Below are positions 30,059-39,359 of a stretch of DNA of 64,000 bases, one piece after another. A program made the translations under genes and the position numbers. The notes beneath the pieces were generated by a model. The model saw only the letters and a list, made by a program, of their open reading frames with translations, made no database searches and was not told the DNA's origin. How positions within the stretch are numbered: position 1 is the first letter of the stretch; each line of letters opens with the position of its first letter. The stretch covers positions 62,001-126,000 of the forward strand of contig NZ_MWQY01000011.1 of NCBI RefSeq assembly GCF_002087085.1. The letters run 5' to 3'.

Positions 30059-31156
30059 TCAGAACACAAATGCACAGCCGGCACTGACAAACCAGGCAGG
30101 CGGGGAACCCTCGTCTCTGCCGTTCTGAAGGGAGAAGAGATCTCCCTTTTCTCCGCTGGCGATGCCGGTGTACGCAAGAAGGGTAAAACCCTGATAGATA
30201 TTCCAGCTGCTGCCGACTACGTGAAGGGCGCTGATATCCACCGGGGAGACTACAGCCCGATAGAAGAAATTCCTCCTGTCGTCCGGGGTCAGGCTGATTT
30301 CCGGATATAGATAGAGCCCGTACTCCCGGGGATCTTCTCCGGCGCGCCAGCTGCCCCGGGGACGGAGGAGCCCTTCGAGGCGGAGATTAAGGGTAGACGA
30401 GTAACCAAGCCTGAAGAGTTGAAACAGCCCGAAACTCAGGCGCAGGCGCTCATCAAGCTGTTTCTCCGCGCCGGCGACGGGCTCGATTGCGCTGGCCGCG
30501 GAAAGGTGCCAGTTGATCAGTCCGCCGCCCTGGAAGGATACATAGGGCCGGTGTTCCCCGGCGTCTCCGGCGTATATGTAGCCTGCTTCAGTTTTTATTC
30601 CCCCGGGACGCAAAACCAGACGGCCGCCGCCGGATGGGTAGTCCTCCGGGTTCTCTTCCGGGGTCAAAAGAACGGTTTCGGCAAAGCTGAAACGACCCAG
30701 GGGACAGTAGACTGAGGCGAGCCAGGTCCCGGTGGTTCGGATCTCCTCTCCGGTAAAATCAACACTGGTGGACAGGGAGTCGAAAAGAACGTCCCCGGCG
30801 TTGAACATGAAACCCTCCCCCCAGGAGAGTCGGGTCTTTCCCATGGTGAGCCGGAACCAGGGGAGCCGTGCCCTGATAAATGCCCGGTAGACATCGAATT
30901 CCGTTGTCTCTTCCCTCGCATTTGTCACATCTGCGGTCAGGGACACCTGGGCTTTCACGTCCCGGTTTGCCTCGGAACGGAAGCTGAGTTCCGCCTCGCT
31001 GCCGCCGCTGACTCCCGCAACGGAGTCCTTGCCCTGAAAGACACCGGCCAGATTCTCGATCTCTATGCTGAGACTGTTCTCGGCGGCCAGGTCAGGTGTA
31101 TACAGGAAGAGCATGAGCATACAGGCTGCCGTGGCGGATCGACAGATCCTTACCAT
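30059..31156 (-). CDS. Putative outer-membrane beta-barrel protein
   Basis: Signal peptide, GKTRLSWGEG motif, amphipathic strands, terminal Phe (CAFVF). Confidence 0.65.
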   Translation of the reverse strand: MVRICRSATAACMLMLFLYTPDLAAENSLSIEIENLAGVFQGKDSVAGVSGGSEAELSFRSEANRDVKAQVSLTADVTNAREETTEFDVYRAFIRARLPWFRLTMGKTRLSWGEGFMFNAGDVLFDSLSTSVDFTGEEIRTTGTWLASVYCPLGRFSFAETVLLTPEENPEDYPSGGGRLVLRPGGIKTEAGYIYAGDAGEHRPYVSFQGGGLINWHLSAASAIEPVAGAEKQLDERLRLSFGLFQLFRLGYSSTLNLRLEGLLRPRGSWRAGEDPREYGLYLYPEISLTPDDRRNFFYRAVVSPVDISALHVVGSSWNIYQGFTLLAYTGIASGEKGDLFSLQNGRDEGSPPAWFVSAGCAFVF

Positions 31157-31878
31157 GTAAGCTCCTCCAGGCTGAAGGTTCCCGGATCGATGGATATACC
31201 GAGTTTCAGGGTGTCGAGGATCAGTTCGGTGGAGGAGTCCTTTTTCATTTTATCCTCCATGCGGATCCGGGTGGGAATGAATTTCCCTTGTATTTCTTTT
31301 ATTTCATCGGCTTTCATCTCCTTGAGCAGGGACCCGGAACGGGAGAACTTGTGTCCTTTCAGCCAGGTAAACCTGCTGCTGTCGATCCAGAGGAGCTGGG
31401 AATGGTAGGGGACGGAGCGCCGCTTTGCCGTCAGCCGGATTTTGTAGCACTCATTGCCGTCAATCGTCTCGGTTCCTTCCATCCCGGCGCTGTAATCATC
31501 CAGCAGGCTCTTGCCCCCCGTCATGTCCTCGTAGGAAAAGTCGGAATCCATAACCGAATCCCGCATGGCGCTTCCCTGGATGCGCAGTACATCCTCGGCG
31601 TCGGGAAAATAGAGGTAGATCTCGTCTTCGGTACGCAGGATCTTTTGCCCTTCCTCTCCCCTGCTGGTGAACTCGATCAGGGCATCCTCCTCTCCCCGGG
31701 CCCAGGACCGGAAGGTACGGGTAATGCTGCCGTATTTATCGGTGGTTATCATTCTCCCTTCCGAGTAGGCGGTCTCATGGATCTGGTTCTCCTCCAGGCG
31801 TCGAATAATCTCGTCGGGACCCAGGGCGTTCAGCAGGGTCGCCGAAAACATCAGTAACAATGCCAGTATATTTCTCAT
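31150..31878 (-). CDS. LolA-like outer-membrane lipoprotein-sorting protein
   Basis: Signal peptide, G.KILR, MDSDFSYED; AGAGGAG RBS. Confidence 0.85.
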   Translation of the reverse strand: MRNILALLLMFSATLLNALGPDEIIRRLEENQIHETAYSEGRMITTDKYGSITRTFRSWARGEEDALIEFTSRGEEGQKILRTEDEIYLYFPDAEDVLRIQGSAMRDSVMDSDFSYEDMTGGKSLLDDYSAGMEGTETIDGNECYKIRLTAKRRSVPYHSQLLWIDSSRFTWLKGHKFSRSGSLLKEMKADEIKEIQGKFIPTRIRMEDKMKKDSSTELILDTLKLGISIDPGTFSLEELTW

Positions 31879-31886
31879 TACGTGAA

Positions 31887-32042
31887 CTCCTCTTTGTACG
31901 GTCGCCATCGGACTGATGTCCTCCGGCTCCGCTCAGCCTCGTTCGGGGCGGCAGAGCCGCCCCTTCACTCTTTACACGGTCGCCATCGGACTGATGTCCT
32001 CCGGCTCCGCTTGGCCTCGTTCGGGGACGGTAAAGCCGCCCC
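31887..32042 (-). repeat. Two copies of a 78-bp structured tandem repeat (REP-like)
   Basis: Core CGGTCGCCATCGGAC begins at 31899 and 31977 on the + strand; same unit as 36360-36603. Confidence 0.92.
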
Positions 32043-32055
32043 GCTGTCTACAACA

Positions 32056-33300
32056 TTATACGTGACGCAGGGCCTCCACCGGCTCGATCCTCGCGGCCCG
32101 GCGGGTTGGGATCAGGCTGGAGAGGGAGGCTACTGCCAGGGAATAGAAAAAGACGAATACCGTGGACTTTACATTGAGCCGGGGATAGATAAGGCTGCTT
32201 ATATCGAAGTCCACACCCTGCATGCCGGAGGAGAAATCGATACCCGTGGTACCGAACACCGTGGTAATTCCCGCACCCAGAACGACTCCTGCGGCGGTGC
32301 CGATGAGGGACATAAAAAAGGCCTCGAGGAAGAAGAGGCGGACGATCTCCCCGCCTTCCATGCCCAGGGCGCCGATGGTTCCGATTTCCCGCATGCGTTC
32401 GTAAATGATCATCATAACCGAGTTGGCGATCACGGTACTGGCGAGAACAAAAAAGATCAGGGCCATGAAGTTGTATGAGATGTCGGCAATATCAATCCAC
32501 CGGACCATCAGGTTCAGCTCCCGCCAGTCCCTGGCAACCGCTCTGTCTTCCGGGGTGATAATGCCTGCCACCAGGGTCCCGGCCTCCCGGTCCGACAGCT
32601 CTCCGCCGGACTTGACCAGTATTTCCACCACCGAATCTCCCATTTTGAGGACGTGCTGGGCCCTGTCCAGGGGTATGTAAAAGTAGCTCTGGTTCATGGC
32701 GGCCACATTAAAGACGGCAATTCCGGTTACGGTAAAGGTTGCTGCGTTGGGGCCCCGGCGCATGGTTGTGGTCATCAGGGTTACCTTGTCGCCCACGCCT
32801 TTTTCGATTTTCCTTGCCAGACCCGCGCCCAGGAGAATTTCGAACCTGCCTTTCTCGGGAAGCCTTCCTGTGGCGAGGTATTTGTCAAGATGCTGAAAAT
32901 CCTTCTCCTTCTCAAAGTCCAGGCCCACTCCCATGGCGCTCGCGTTTACGGCGTCGGGGTTGCTCACCGTCGGCGGTTCCAGGAAAGCCGGAAAGGGAAT
33001 GCGGGGTACTGCCTGGAGGGAGAGATCACGAGACTCGATATCCCGTATCATGCGCTCCCAGTTTTCGAGGCGCAGGTGCAGGGGATTCAGCATTTCCTTT
33101 TCGTCGTAGCCCTCGTGGCGCACGCGGATCTGGCCGGTAAAGAAGGACTGAACGTTCCACTTGAGGTCCGCTTTCATGCCGGCCAGCAGGCTGAAAAGAA
33201 AAACAATAGTCATGGCCGCCAGGGCAATGGCGAGAATACAGAGGAGACTTCGCCGGCGGTTGCGGCTTATGTTTCTGAAGGCGATGCTTGAAAGCTTCAT
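32056..33300 (-). CDS. ABC transporter permease, FtsX/LolE family
   Basis: IAFRNISRNRRRS, ERMREIGTIGALG, RAARIEPVEALR. Confidence 0.92.
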   Translation of the reverse strand: MKLSSIAFRNISRNRRRSLLCILAIALAAMTIVFLFSLLAGMKADLKWNVQSFFTGQIRVRHEGYDEKEMLNPLHLRLENWERMIRDIESRDLSLQAVPRIPFPAFLEPPTVSNPDAVNASAMGVGLDFEKEKDFQHLDKYLATGRLPEKGRFEILLGAGLARKIEKGVGDKVTLMTTTMRRGPNAATFTVTGIAVFNVAAMNQSYFYIPLDRAQHVLKMGDSVVEILVKSGGELSDREAGTLVAGIITPEDRAVARDWRELNLMVRWIDIADISYNFMALIFFVLASTVIANSVMMIIYERMREIGTIGALGMEGGEIVRLFFLEAFFMSLIGTAAGVVLGAGITTVFGTTGIDFSSGMQGVDFDISSLIYPRLNVKSTVFVFFYSLAVASLSSLIPTRRAARIEPVEALRHV

Positions 33301-33311
33301 ACTGTTCCTCC

Positions 33312-34577
33312 TTATTCATCCCGCAGACAGTCGGTAATCTGCATCTTCAGCGCCCTGCGGATGGGAAACAGGGCCACGAGCATGGCAATAACAATCCCGG
33401 CGAAGAAGGCCCTGAACATGGTGGGGATGTTCCACATGCTGCGGAATACCCCCGAAATCCGGTAGCCGATATCCATCTGCTTCAGCATGGGTGTAAAATC
33501 CCATCCCCATTCAACGAGAGGCCAGTTTACCAGGGCACCGAAGATGAGTCCCCCCAGGGCACCGATCAGACCGATTCCACCGGCCTCGAGAAGAAAGGAA
33601 AGCCGGATCTGCCGGTCCGTCATTCCCATGGCCCGCATCATTCCGAGCTCCCTGATACGTTCAAAGACGGCCATCAGCATGGTGTTGGTTATTCCCACTG
33701 CGGCGATAACGAAGACCAGGAAGAGGATAATCCGTGATCCCGTGGATTTCATGGCAGCCATGGCGACATAGTCCGGGGCGAGCTTTTTCCAGCTGTGGAC
33801 CTGCAGATCATATCCATTGGTATGCAGAAGTTTTTCGATTTGTCCGGCCATTTTGTCAGGATCGCGGGATCGGTCAAAAGTCAGGCCGGGGCTGAGGGCA
33901 AGCTCGGTGACTGCGCCGTCCATATCAAGAAAATAATCCGCCGTCGAAAGGGGCAGGAACACGGTGCTTTTGTTGATCTGGGGGTTTGGGGAGTTGATAA
34001 GTCCGACGATCTCCATGTCCATGGTTTCATAGGCACCGTAGCGGGTCCGGACCCGCAGGGTTAGGGGGTATCCAACCCGGGCTCCCAGGTCAGAGGCCAT
34101 CCATTCCCCGATGAGCACCCCGTTTTCGTCCTCTTCGAGGTAACGGCCCTTTTTAACTGTCTCCCTTAGCCGGAAAACTTCGTCGTCCCGGGAGGGATCG
34201 AGGGCGATACCTTTGACGTAGACCGAACCGGATTCGGGGTAGGGGTCTTCCCGGACGAAGAGTTCAGCCTTGAAAACGACCCTCGGTGTGGCGGCAATGG
34301 AATTCCCGTCCAGAATATCAATGATTTTTTCGGGCTCCTCTATCACGTACTTAAGGGGAAGATTATCCCGCTCACCAAGATAGGCAGGATGCATTACCTT
34401 GGCGGATGCGGTTTCGTAGTTGATCAGGTTTATCTCCGACTCCATCTCGGCACCTTTCAGGAAACTGTCCAGAACGATAAACAACCCGAGTCCGAAGGCG
34501 ATGGCCGAGGCGGTTATTACCGTACGTTTGGTATAGCGGGTCAGATTCCTGAATGCCAGGGCCAGCAGAAACTTCAT
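33312..34577 (-). CDS. ABC transporter permease, FtsX/LolE family
   Basis: LAFRNL.R..KRT, ERIRELGMMRAMG, PIRRALK. Confidence 0.92.
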   Translation of the reverse strand: MKFLLALAFRNLTRYTKRTVITASAIAFGLGLFIVLDSFLKGAEMESEINLINYETASAKVMHPAYLGERDNLPLKYVIEEPEKIIDILDGNSIAATPRVVFKAELFVREDPYPESGSVYVKGIALDPSRDDEVFRLRETVKKGRYLEEDENGVLIGEWMASDLGARVGYPLTLRVRTRYGAYETMDMEIVGLINSPNPQINKSTVFLPLSTADYFLDMDGAVTELALSPGLTFDRSRDPDKMAGQIEKLLHTNGYDLQVHSWKKLAPDYVAMAAMKSTGSRIILFLVFVIAAVGITNTMLMAVFERIRELGMMRAMGMTDRQIRLSFLLEAGGIGLIGALGGLIFGALVNWPLVEWGWDFTPMLKQMDIGYRISGVFRSMWNIPTMFRAFFAGIVIAMLVALFPIRRALKMQITDCLRDE

Positions 34578-35257
34578 GATCTGCCTCCGCTGTCTTCGAT
34601 GATCCGGCCGTCCTGCAGCCGTACAAGACGGCGGGCGAAGTCCATGACCATTTTGTCGTGGGTAGAGAAGATGAAGGTGGTTCCGTGTTTTCGGTTCATC
34701 TCTTCCATCAGTTCCAGTACCGAGCGACCCGTCTCGGAGTCGAGGTTTGCCGTAGGTTCGTCGGCCAGGATAATGGCCGGGTTCTTGACCAGGGCCCGGG
34801 CTACGGCAACCCTCTGCTGCTGTCCTCCGGAAAGCTGGGAGGGCCGCCGGTCCTCCATACCTTCGAGCCCGACTTCCCTGAGAATCTGCATGCTCCGTTC
34901 CCTCACCTCACCGTTATCGAGCTTGAGCAGGTTAAGCGCAAAGGCGACGTTCTCGTAGGCAGTGAGCACGGGGATCAGGTTGAAGGTCTGAAAGATAAAG
35001 CCCAGGTTATCCCGACGGAAAGCCGCCAGCTCCTTCTTGTTCATTCGGGACACCTTCTCCTTGTTGATGAGGATTTCTCCCCCGTCGGCGCTGTCGATAC
35101 AACCGATAAGGTTCAGCAGGGTGGTTTTTCCTGAACCCGAGGGGCCGGCGATGGATGTGAACTCACCTTTTCCTATGTCGATGCTCAGGCTTCTCAGGGC
35201 ATGGACCAGGGTTTCCCCGCTGCGGTAGTCCTTGACGATATCCCGTACCTCAATCAT
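34574..35257 (-). CDS. ABC transporter ATPase, LolD/MacB family
   Basis: GPSGSGKT, GFIFQTFNL, LSGGQQQRVA, ADEPTANLD. Confidence 0.95.
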   Translation of the reverse strand: MIEVRDIVKDYRSGETLVHALRSLSIDIGKGEFTSIAGPSGSGKTTLLNLIGCIDSADGGEILINKEKVSRMNKKELAAFRRDNLGFIFQTFNLIPVLTAYENVAFALNLLKLDNGEVRERSMQILREVGLEGMEDRRPSQLSGGQQQRVAVARALVKNPAIILADEPTANLDSETGRSVLELMEEMNRKHGTTFIFSTHDKMVMDFARRLVRLQDGRIIEDSGGRS

Positions 35258-36353
35258 CCGTGTTCTCCTTCCCGGATTTTTCCGGGTCGTTCTGTTTCTG
35301 GAAAGCCGCCGCTCCCAGCAGGGTACCCATATTCATGCTCTCCAGGGCGGAGGAGGGCAGGAGCATCAGGGAGTTCTTGTTGTACTTCATCCCTTCATAG
35401 ACCATGTTCATTGCCCTGAGCTGGAGAGCTGCAGGATTGTCCACGTAGGCACGGGAGGCTTCTTCGAATTTCGATGCAACCTCCGCCTCGGCAGTCCCGA
35501 GGATTATGCGGGCCTGCCTCTCACGTTCCGCCTGGGCCTTGCGGCTCATGGCGTCTTCGAGCTCCTTGGGAATAAGGATATCCGTAAACTCGACGCTCAG
35601 AATGCTTATACCCCAGGGGCTGGTTTTGGCATCCAGGATCTGCTGGATGTCCCGGCCAACGTCCTCCCGCTCGGAAAGCAGCTTGGCCAGGTCGTTCTTG
35701 CCGATGGCATCCCGCAGGGCCGTCTGGGCTGACAAAGTGACCGCTTCAATATAGTTCTCCACCTCAAGAATGGCTTTCCCGGCATCCCAGATCATCCAGA
35801 AACAGAGGGCGTCTATGTGTACCGGAACATTGTCCCTGGTAAGGGTTCGTTCGGCGCTGAAGTCGGTAACCCGGATGCGGGTATCCACGAAGTCGGCGAT
35901 ACGGTCGATTATGGGAAGAAGGATGAAAATCCCTGCGTCCCGAACCCGGCGGAAGCGCCCGAAACGCAGTACCACCACCTTGTCCCAGTGAAAGACGAGC
36001 TGTACCGATGCGGACAGCAGAACCCCCAGTCCGGCAAGCATATAGGCCGGGGGATACTGAATTCGCCCGTAGCCTCCCATAAGTCCCAGAACCAGGAAGA
36101 GGGCTACTACCTGTATCGTCCACAGGGGAAAGAGAGCCATCAGAACACCTGCCCCCAGGAGTCCGCCGAAGATGGTGGCCAGGGCCTCCGGCGCAACAAG
36201 TGGATCAAACCAGTAGAGAAGTCCCCCTGCTCCCCCGCCGAAGATCAGCAGCATAAGGAAGGAGTAGGTGGAGTAGTGAAAATCCTTCTCCAGCTTTCTG
36301 CGGGGCTGGTTTTTTATGCGGGAGTATCTTTCCTTTACTATCCCAATATTCAT
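35250..36353 (-). CDS. SPFH/stomatin (slipin)-family membrane protein with extra N-terminal transmembrane helices
   Basis: VVLRFGR, LTRDNV, AQTALRDAIG, AQAERERQAR, ALQLR. Confidence 0.9.
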   Translation of the reverse strand: MNIGIVKERYSRIKNQPRRKLEKDFHYSTYSFLMLLIFGGGAGGLLYWFDPLVAPEALATIFGGLLGAGVLMALFPLWTIQVVALFLVLGLMGGYGRIQYPPAYMLAGLGVLLSASVQLVFHWDKVVVLRFGRFRRVRDAGIFILLPIIDRIADFVDTRIRVTDFSAERTLTRDNVPVHIDALCFWMIWDAGKAILEVENYIEAVTLSAQTALRDAIGKNDLAKLLSEREDVGRDIQQILDAKTSPWGISILSVEFTDILIPKELEDAMSRKAQAERERQARIILGTAEAEVASKFEEASRAYVDNPAALQLRAMNMVYEGMKYNKNSLMLLPSSALESMNMGTLLGAAAFQKQNDPEKSGKENTDD

Positions 36354-36359
36354 GCTTCT

Positions 36360-36603
36360 CTCCTCTTTGCACGGTCGCCATCGGACTTGCGTCCTCCGGC
36401 TCCACTCAGCTTCGTTCAGGGCCGGCGGAGCCGCCCCTTCGCTCTTACTCGGTCGCCATCGGACTTGCGTCCTCCGGCTCCGCTCAGCTTCGTTCAGGGC
36501 CGGCGGAGCCGTCCCTTCGCTCTTACTCGGTCGCCATCGGACTGATGTCCTCCGGCTCCGCTCAGCTCCGTTCAGGGCCGGCGGAGCCGCCCCTTCGCTC
36601 TTC
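36360..36603 (-). repeat. Three copies of the 78-bp structured tandem repeat (REP-like)
   Basis: Core begins at 36372, 36450 and 36528; exact 78-bp period; two hairpins per unit. Confidence 0.95.
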
Positions 36604-36621
36604 TTCTTCGAGGCCTGCTTT

Positions 36622-37020
36622 TCATCGGTTCAGCTCCTGCAGATAGCTTATGACATCCTCCATGCTGAATCCGTAGGAGCTGGCTTTCGTTACGAAGCCC
36701 CGGGTAATCTCTGCCAGGATCCGCTCCCGCTCTATTTCGTCCAGCTGAATCTCCTTGTCGGCGATAAAGGTGCCCGTGCCCTGCTGGGTATGTACAATCC
36801 CGCGTATTTCCAGCTCGCTGTATGCCCGGGCCACGGTATTGGGATTTATCTGCAGCTCCACCGCCAGGCTGCGGACCGTCGGCAGCTGGTCTCCGGTACT
36901 CAGGCGGCTGTCGGCTATGGCCATTTCTATCTGCAGAATGATCTGCTTGTAGTAGGGAACCCCGCTTTTCGGGTCCAGGCTGAACTGAAGTAAGCGGGTA
37001 TTTTTCCGTGATGCCGCCAT
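36622..37020 (-). CDS. GntR-family regulator, YtrA subfamily
   Basis: P.YKQI, GDQLPTVRSLA, INPNTVARAY, G.GTF; short C-terminus; AGGAGGT RBS. Confidence 0.92.
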   Translation of the reverse strand: MAASRKNTRLLQFSLDPKSGVPYYKQIILQIEMAIADSRLSTGDQLPTVRSLAVELQINPNTVARAYSELEIRGIVHTQQGTGTFIADKEIQLDEIERERILAEITRGFVTKASSYGFSMEDVISYLQELNR

Positions 37021-37050
37021 GGCACCTCCTGCCGTGGATGTACTGAACAC

Positions 37051-37078
37051 TTATTGTACTAATGCATTGATACAATAA
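37051..37078. promoter_or_regulatory. YtrA-type palindromic operator
   Basis: TTATTGTACTAATGCATTGATACAATAA (12 of 14 pairs match) directly downstream of the -10 box. Confidence 0.85.
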
Positions 37079-37079
37079 T

Positions 37080-37108
37080 AATGTATACCCCTTTTTTTAC
37101 TGAGTCAA
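37080..37108 (-). promoter_or_regulatory. Sigma70-type promoter of the GntR operon
   Basis: TTGACT-N17-TACATT. Confidence 0.7.
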
Positions 37109-37119
37109 GAAGATCGGTA

Positions 37120-38517
37120 TTAAAGTTTACGCTTTACGTAGAGGTTTACGCTGCTGATAATGTCGTTTGTATCTGCAGCAGCGTCATAGAATCCCTGCTT
37201 GTGGTAGGATGTGGCGGAGACACCGGTGTACCAGTCTCCGAGGAATCGCCGTTCAAAGGCCATGTCGAGGATTCCGATTATGGAATAGCCTGTGGAACCG
37301 TACTCCGGAACCGATTCGGGGATGGTGTGGATGCCGTAGTAGGAGTAATTTACGAGGATACTGCCGATGGTTCCGTGGGAGACCTCAAAGTAGAATTTTA
37401 CTCCTTCCCCGGTACCCAGGTCGTAGTTTCTGCGTTCGGTGCCGTTCTCCGGCGGAGCGTCGTACCAGAGGTGGAGGTATTCGCTGGCGCCGAGGAGTAT
37501 CCAGTTGAGGTGCAGCTTGGAGGACAGGTACCAGGACCTGCCGAAATGGTGCTGGGTCTTGAAGCTGAGGCCCAGAGAATTGGCCGCAAGATTGATCAGG
37601 GAACTGAAGATGAAATCGTAGTGAAGGCTGATAAAAGCGCTCCCCTGGGAATGCCGGGTGTCATACAGGGGCCAGGCGCAGAGTGCCCCGTCGGAAAAAA
37701 AGGATGCGGAGTAGAAAGTATCAGAAAGATTAATGCTGAAGCGCTGTTCAAAGTGCTCAAAGGGTGTTATGGATTTCAGGATGAAGGGGTCGCCGTAAAT
37801 AATCTGCCCGCTGACATAGGCTGAGAAGTCGTTTTCCGCCGCTTCGTAATTCCGGCTTCCGTCAAGTTCGTTATCCGCAAGGACGATACCTCCTGCAAGC
37901 TGTACGTCTCTAAGGGAGGATCGGCCCCGGGCAGGTTTGGTATCCTCCCTGAACAGCAGGCTGTTCATACTGTCCATGGGGCTTATCAACCAGCGGGCGT
38001 GCAGGTCGCTGGCGTCGGCTTCCAGGTAGAGACGGTGGAACATTTCACCAACTGCGATTCCCCCGAGGCTCGTTACGATCAGATCGTTTTTGCTGGGCAG
38101 TTCGGTCTCCATGAGGAGCTCCCAGGTGACGCTTCCCCCCAGGGTCAGCAGGGAGGATTCCCAGAAATTGAGATTGTTCGATCTTCCGGAGATAAAATAG
38201 AAGGAGCCCTGGTAGGGATGACCGATCTGGTTGACGGAGAACTCATCCTGGTCCCATACCCAGCTGCTCGTGAGGTTGGTGTGAATGGACTCGGGGCTTA
38301 TCATGGCGTATTCGGCCTGGCGAATATAGCGATTTACCCCCAGAAGAAAGAGGTTGCTCCCCATTGCCTCCAGGGCGGCCATTCCGTAGCGGGGAGAGGT
38401 CTCTGCAGGCTCCGTTTCGATCCCGGTTTCAGCCGACAGGGGGAGCTGAATCACAGACAGGAAGAGGAGGAAGAAAAGCGCTGAATAGAGTACCCTCTGG
38501 GAAGAGGAGAGTCGCAT
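37120..38517 (-). CDS. DUF3943-like outer-membrane protein
   Basis: Signal peptide, WVWDQDEFSVNQIGHPYQGS, WE...ETE.PS.NDL. Confidence 0.78.
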   Translation of the reverse strand: MRLSSSQRVLYSALFFLLFLSVIQLPLSAETGIETEPAETSPRYGMAALEAMGSNLFLLGVNRYIRQAEYAMISPESIHTNLTSSWVWDQDEFSVNQIGHPYQGSFYFISGRSNNLNFWESSLLTLGGSVTWELLMETELPSKNDLIVTSLGGIAVGEMFHRLYLEADASDLHARWLISPMDSMNSLLFREDTKPARGRSSLRDVQLAGGIVLADNELDGSRNYEAAENDFSAYVSGQIIYGDPFILKSITPFEHFEQRFSINLSDTFYSASFFSDGALCAWPLYDTRHSQGSAFISLHYDFIFSSLINLAANSLGLSFKTQHHFGRSWYLSSKLHLNWILLGASEYLHLWYDAPPENGTERRNYDLGTGEGVKFYFEVSHGTIGSILVNYSYYGIHTIPESVPEYGSTGYSIIGILDMAFERRFLGDWYTGVSATSYHKQGFYDAAADTNDIISSVNLYVKRKL

Positions 38518-38603
38518 AGTATGGTGGCCACCCGGCATTCAAGATGGAATGCAGGGTACCACCGAATAAGGTTTTTTTACTACCCTCAAAGAAGGCGGCG
38601 AGC

Positions 38604-39359
38604 CTATTTGAATGCCGCGCTCAGTTCCCGCCGGCTGTACTCGAGTACATCCATCAGGGTCCTGGTACCGTCTTTTCCGGGAAAGTTGATCAGGGTGGCG
38701 ATTTTTGCCTCGGGCATGATCTCGAGCAGGGGGGCACCCACGTCGGTGTGCCAGTTGTCAATTATCACCATTGCGCCGCTTTCGGAGAGCTCTTTCAGCT
38801 GTTTTGCCTCCAGGGGAGCGGGTCCGTATGTCCCTGCGACGCTAAGGCCGAGGTTTTTTGCAAGTCCTGCAAGGAACTGATGGACAATGACGGGGGTCCT
38901 GCTGTAGGGAGCGAGTTCAGCCCGCCAGTCGTCGAAGAACTCTTTAATCGCCGTAAGGTTCGCCTCCGCTGTCTCTTCGGTGCCCGCGGCCTTAGCGATG
39001 ATCCGTACGGATTCACTTATAACCGGCCAGGTGTTTACCGTGGTAATCTGTACCAGCCGGGCATCCGCGGAGGCTGCTTCCTTGAGGCGTTCCATCATGA
39101 CTTCGTAACCGGCGTAGATAATCATATCGGCCCCGGCTATGTCCCTGATATCTCCCGGGGTCATTTCGTACTCCGGAGGGTGCTGCAGTTCGTAGGGGGC
39201 GAGGATTCGGATATCCTCAAGGCCTGCGACCTCTGCGAAGGAGGCGGTCCAGGAGGTCGTGGCAATGACCTCAGGGGAGGATTGTGCCTCCTGAACCCCT
39301 TCGGCATAAAGGGCGAGGGACAGGACGAGACAGAACAACAGAAATAACAGTCTTTTCAT
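38604..39359 (-). CDS. Metal ABC transporter substrate-binding protein (ZnuA/TroA-like, atypical)
   Basis: VIATT, HPPEYEMTP, ADMIIYAG; in an operon with ZnuB/C-like genes. Confidence 0.75.
   Translation of the reverse strand: MKRLLFLLFCLVLSLALYAEGVQEAQSSPEVIATTSWTASFAEVAGLEDIRILAPYELQHPPEYEMTPGDIRDIAGADMIIYAGYEVMMERLKEAASADARLVQITTVNTWPVISESVRIIAKAAGTEETAEANLTAIKEFFDDWRAELAPYSRTPVIVHQFLAGLAKNLGLSVAGTYGPAPLEAKQLKELSESGAMVIIDNWHTDVGAPLLEIMPEAKIATLINFPGKDGTRTLMDVLEYSRRELSAAFK

Noticed and set aside
31899..32000. Hammerhead ribozyme suggested by CTGATG in the repeat
   Set aside because: The core needs CUGAnGA plus GAAA; the repeat has CUGAUGU and no GAAA in position on either strand
36360..36603. 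CRISPR array
   Set aside because: Units are near-identical over all 78 bp, with no unique spacers and no cas genes in the window
36316..36993. Plus-strand ORF with a 26-aa repeated peptide (also 31882-32478)
   Set aside because: By-product of a 78-bp period; antisense to well-supported genes and without an RBS
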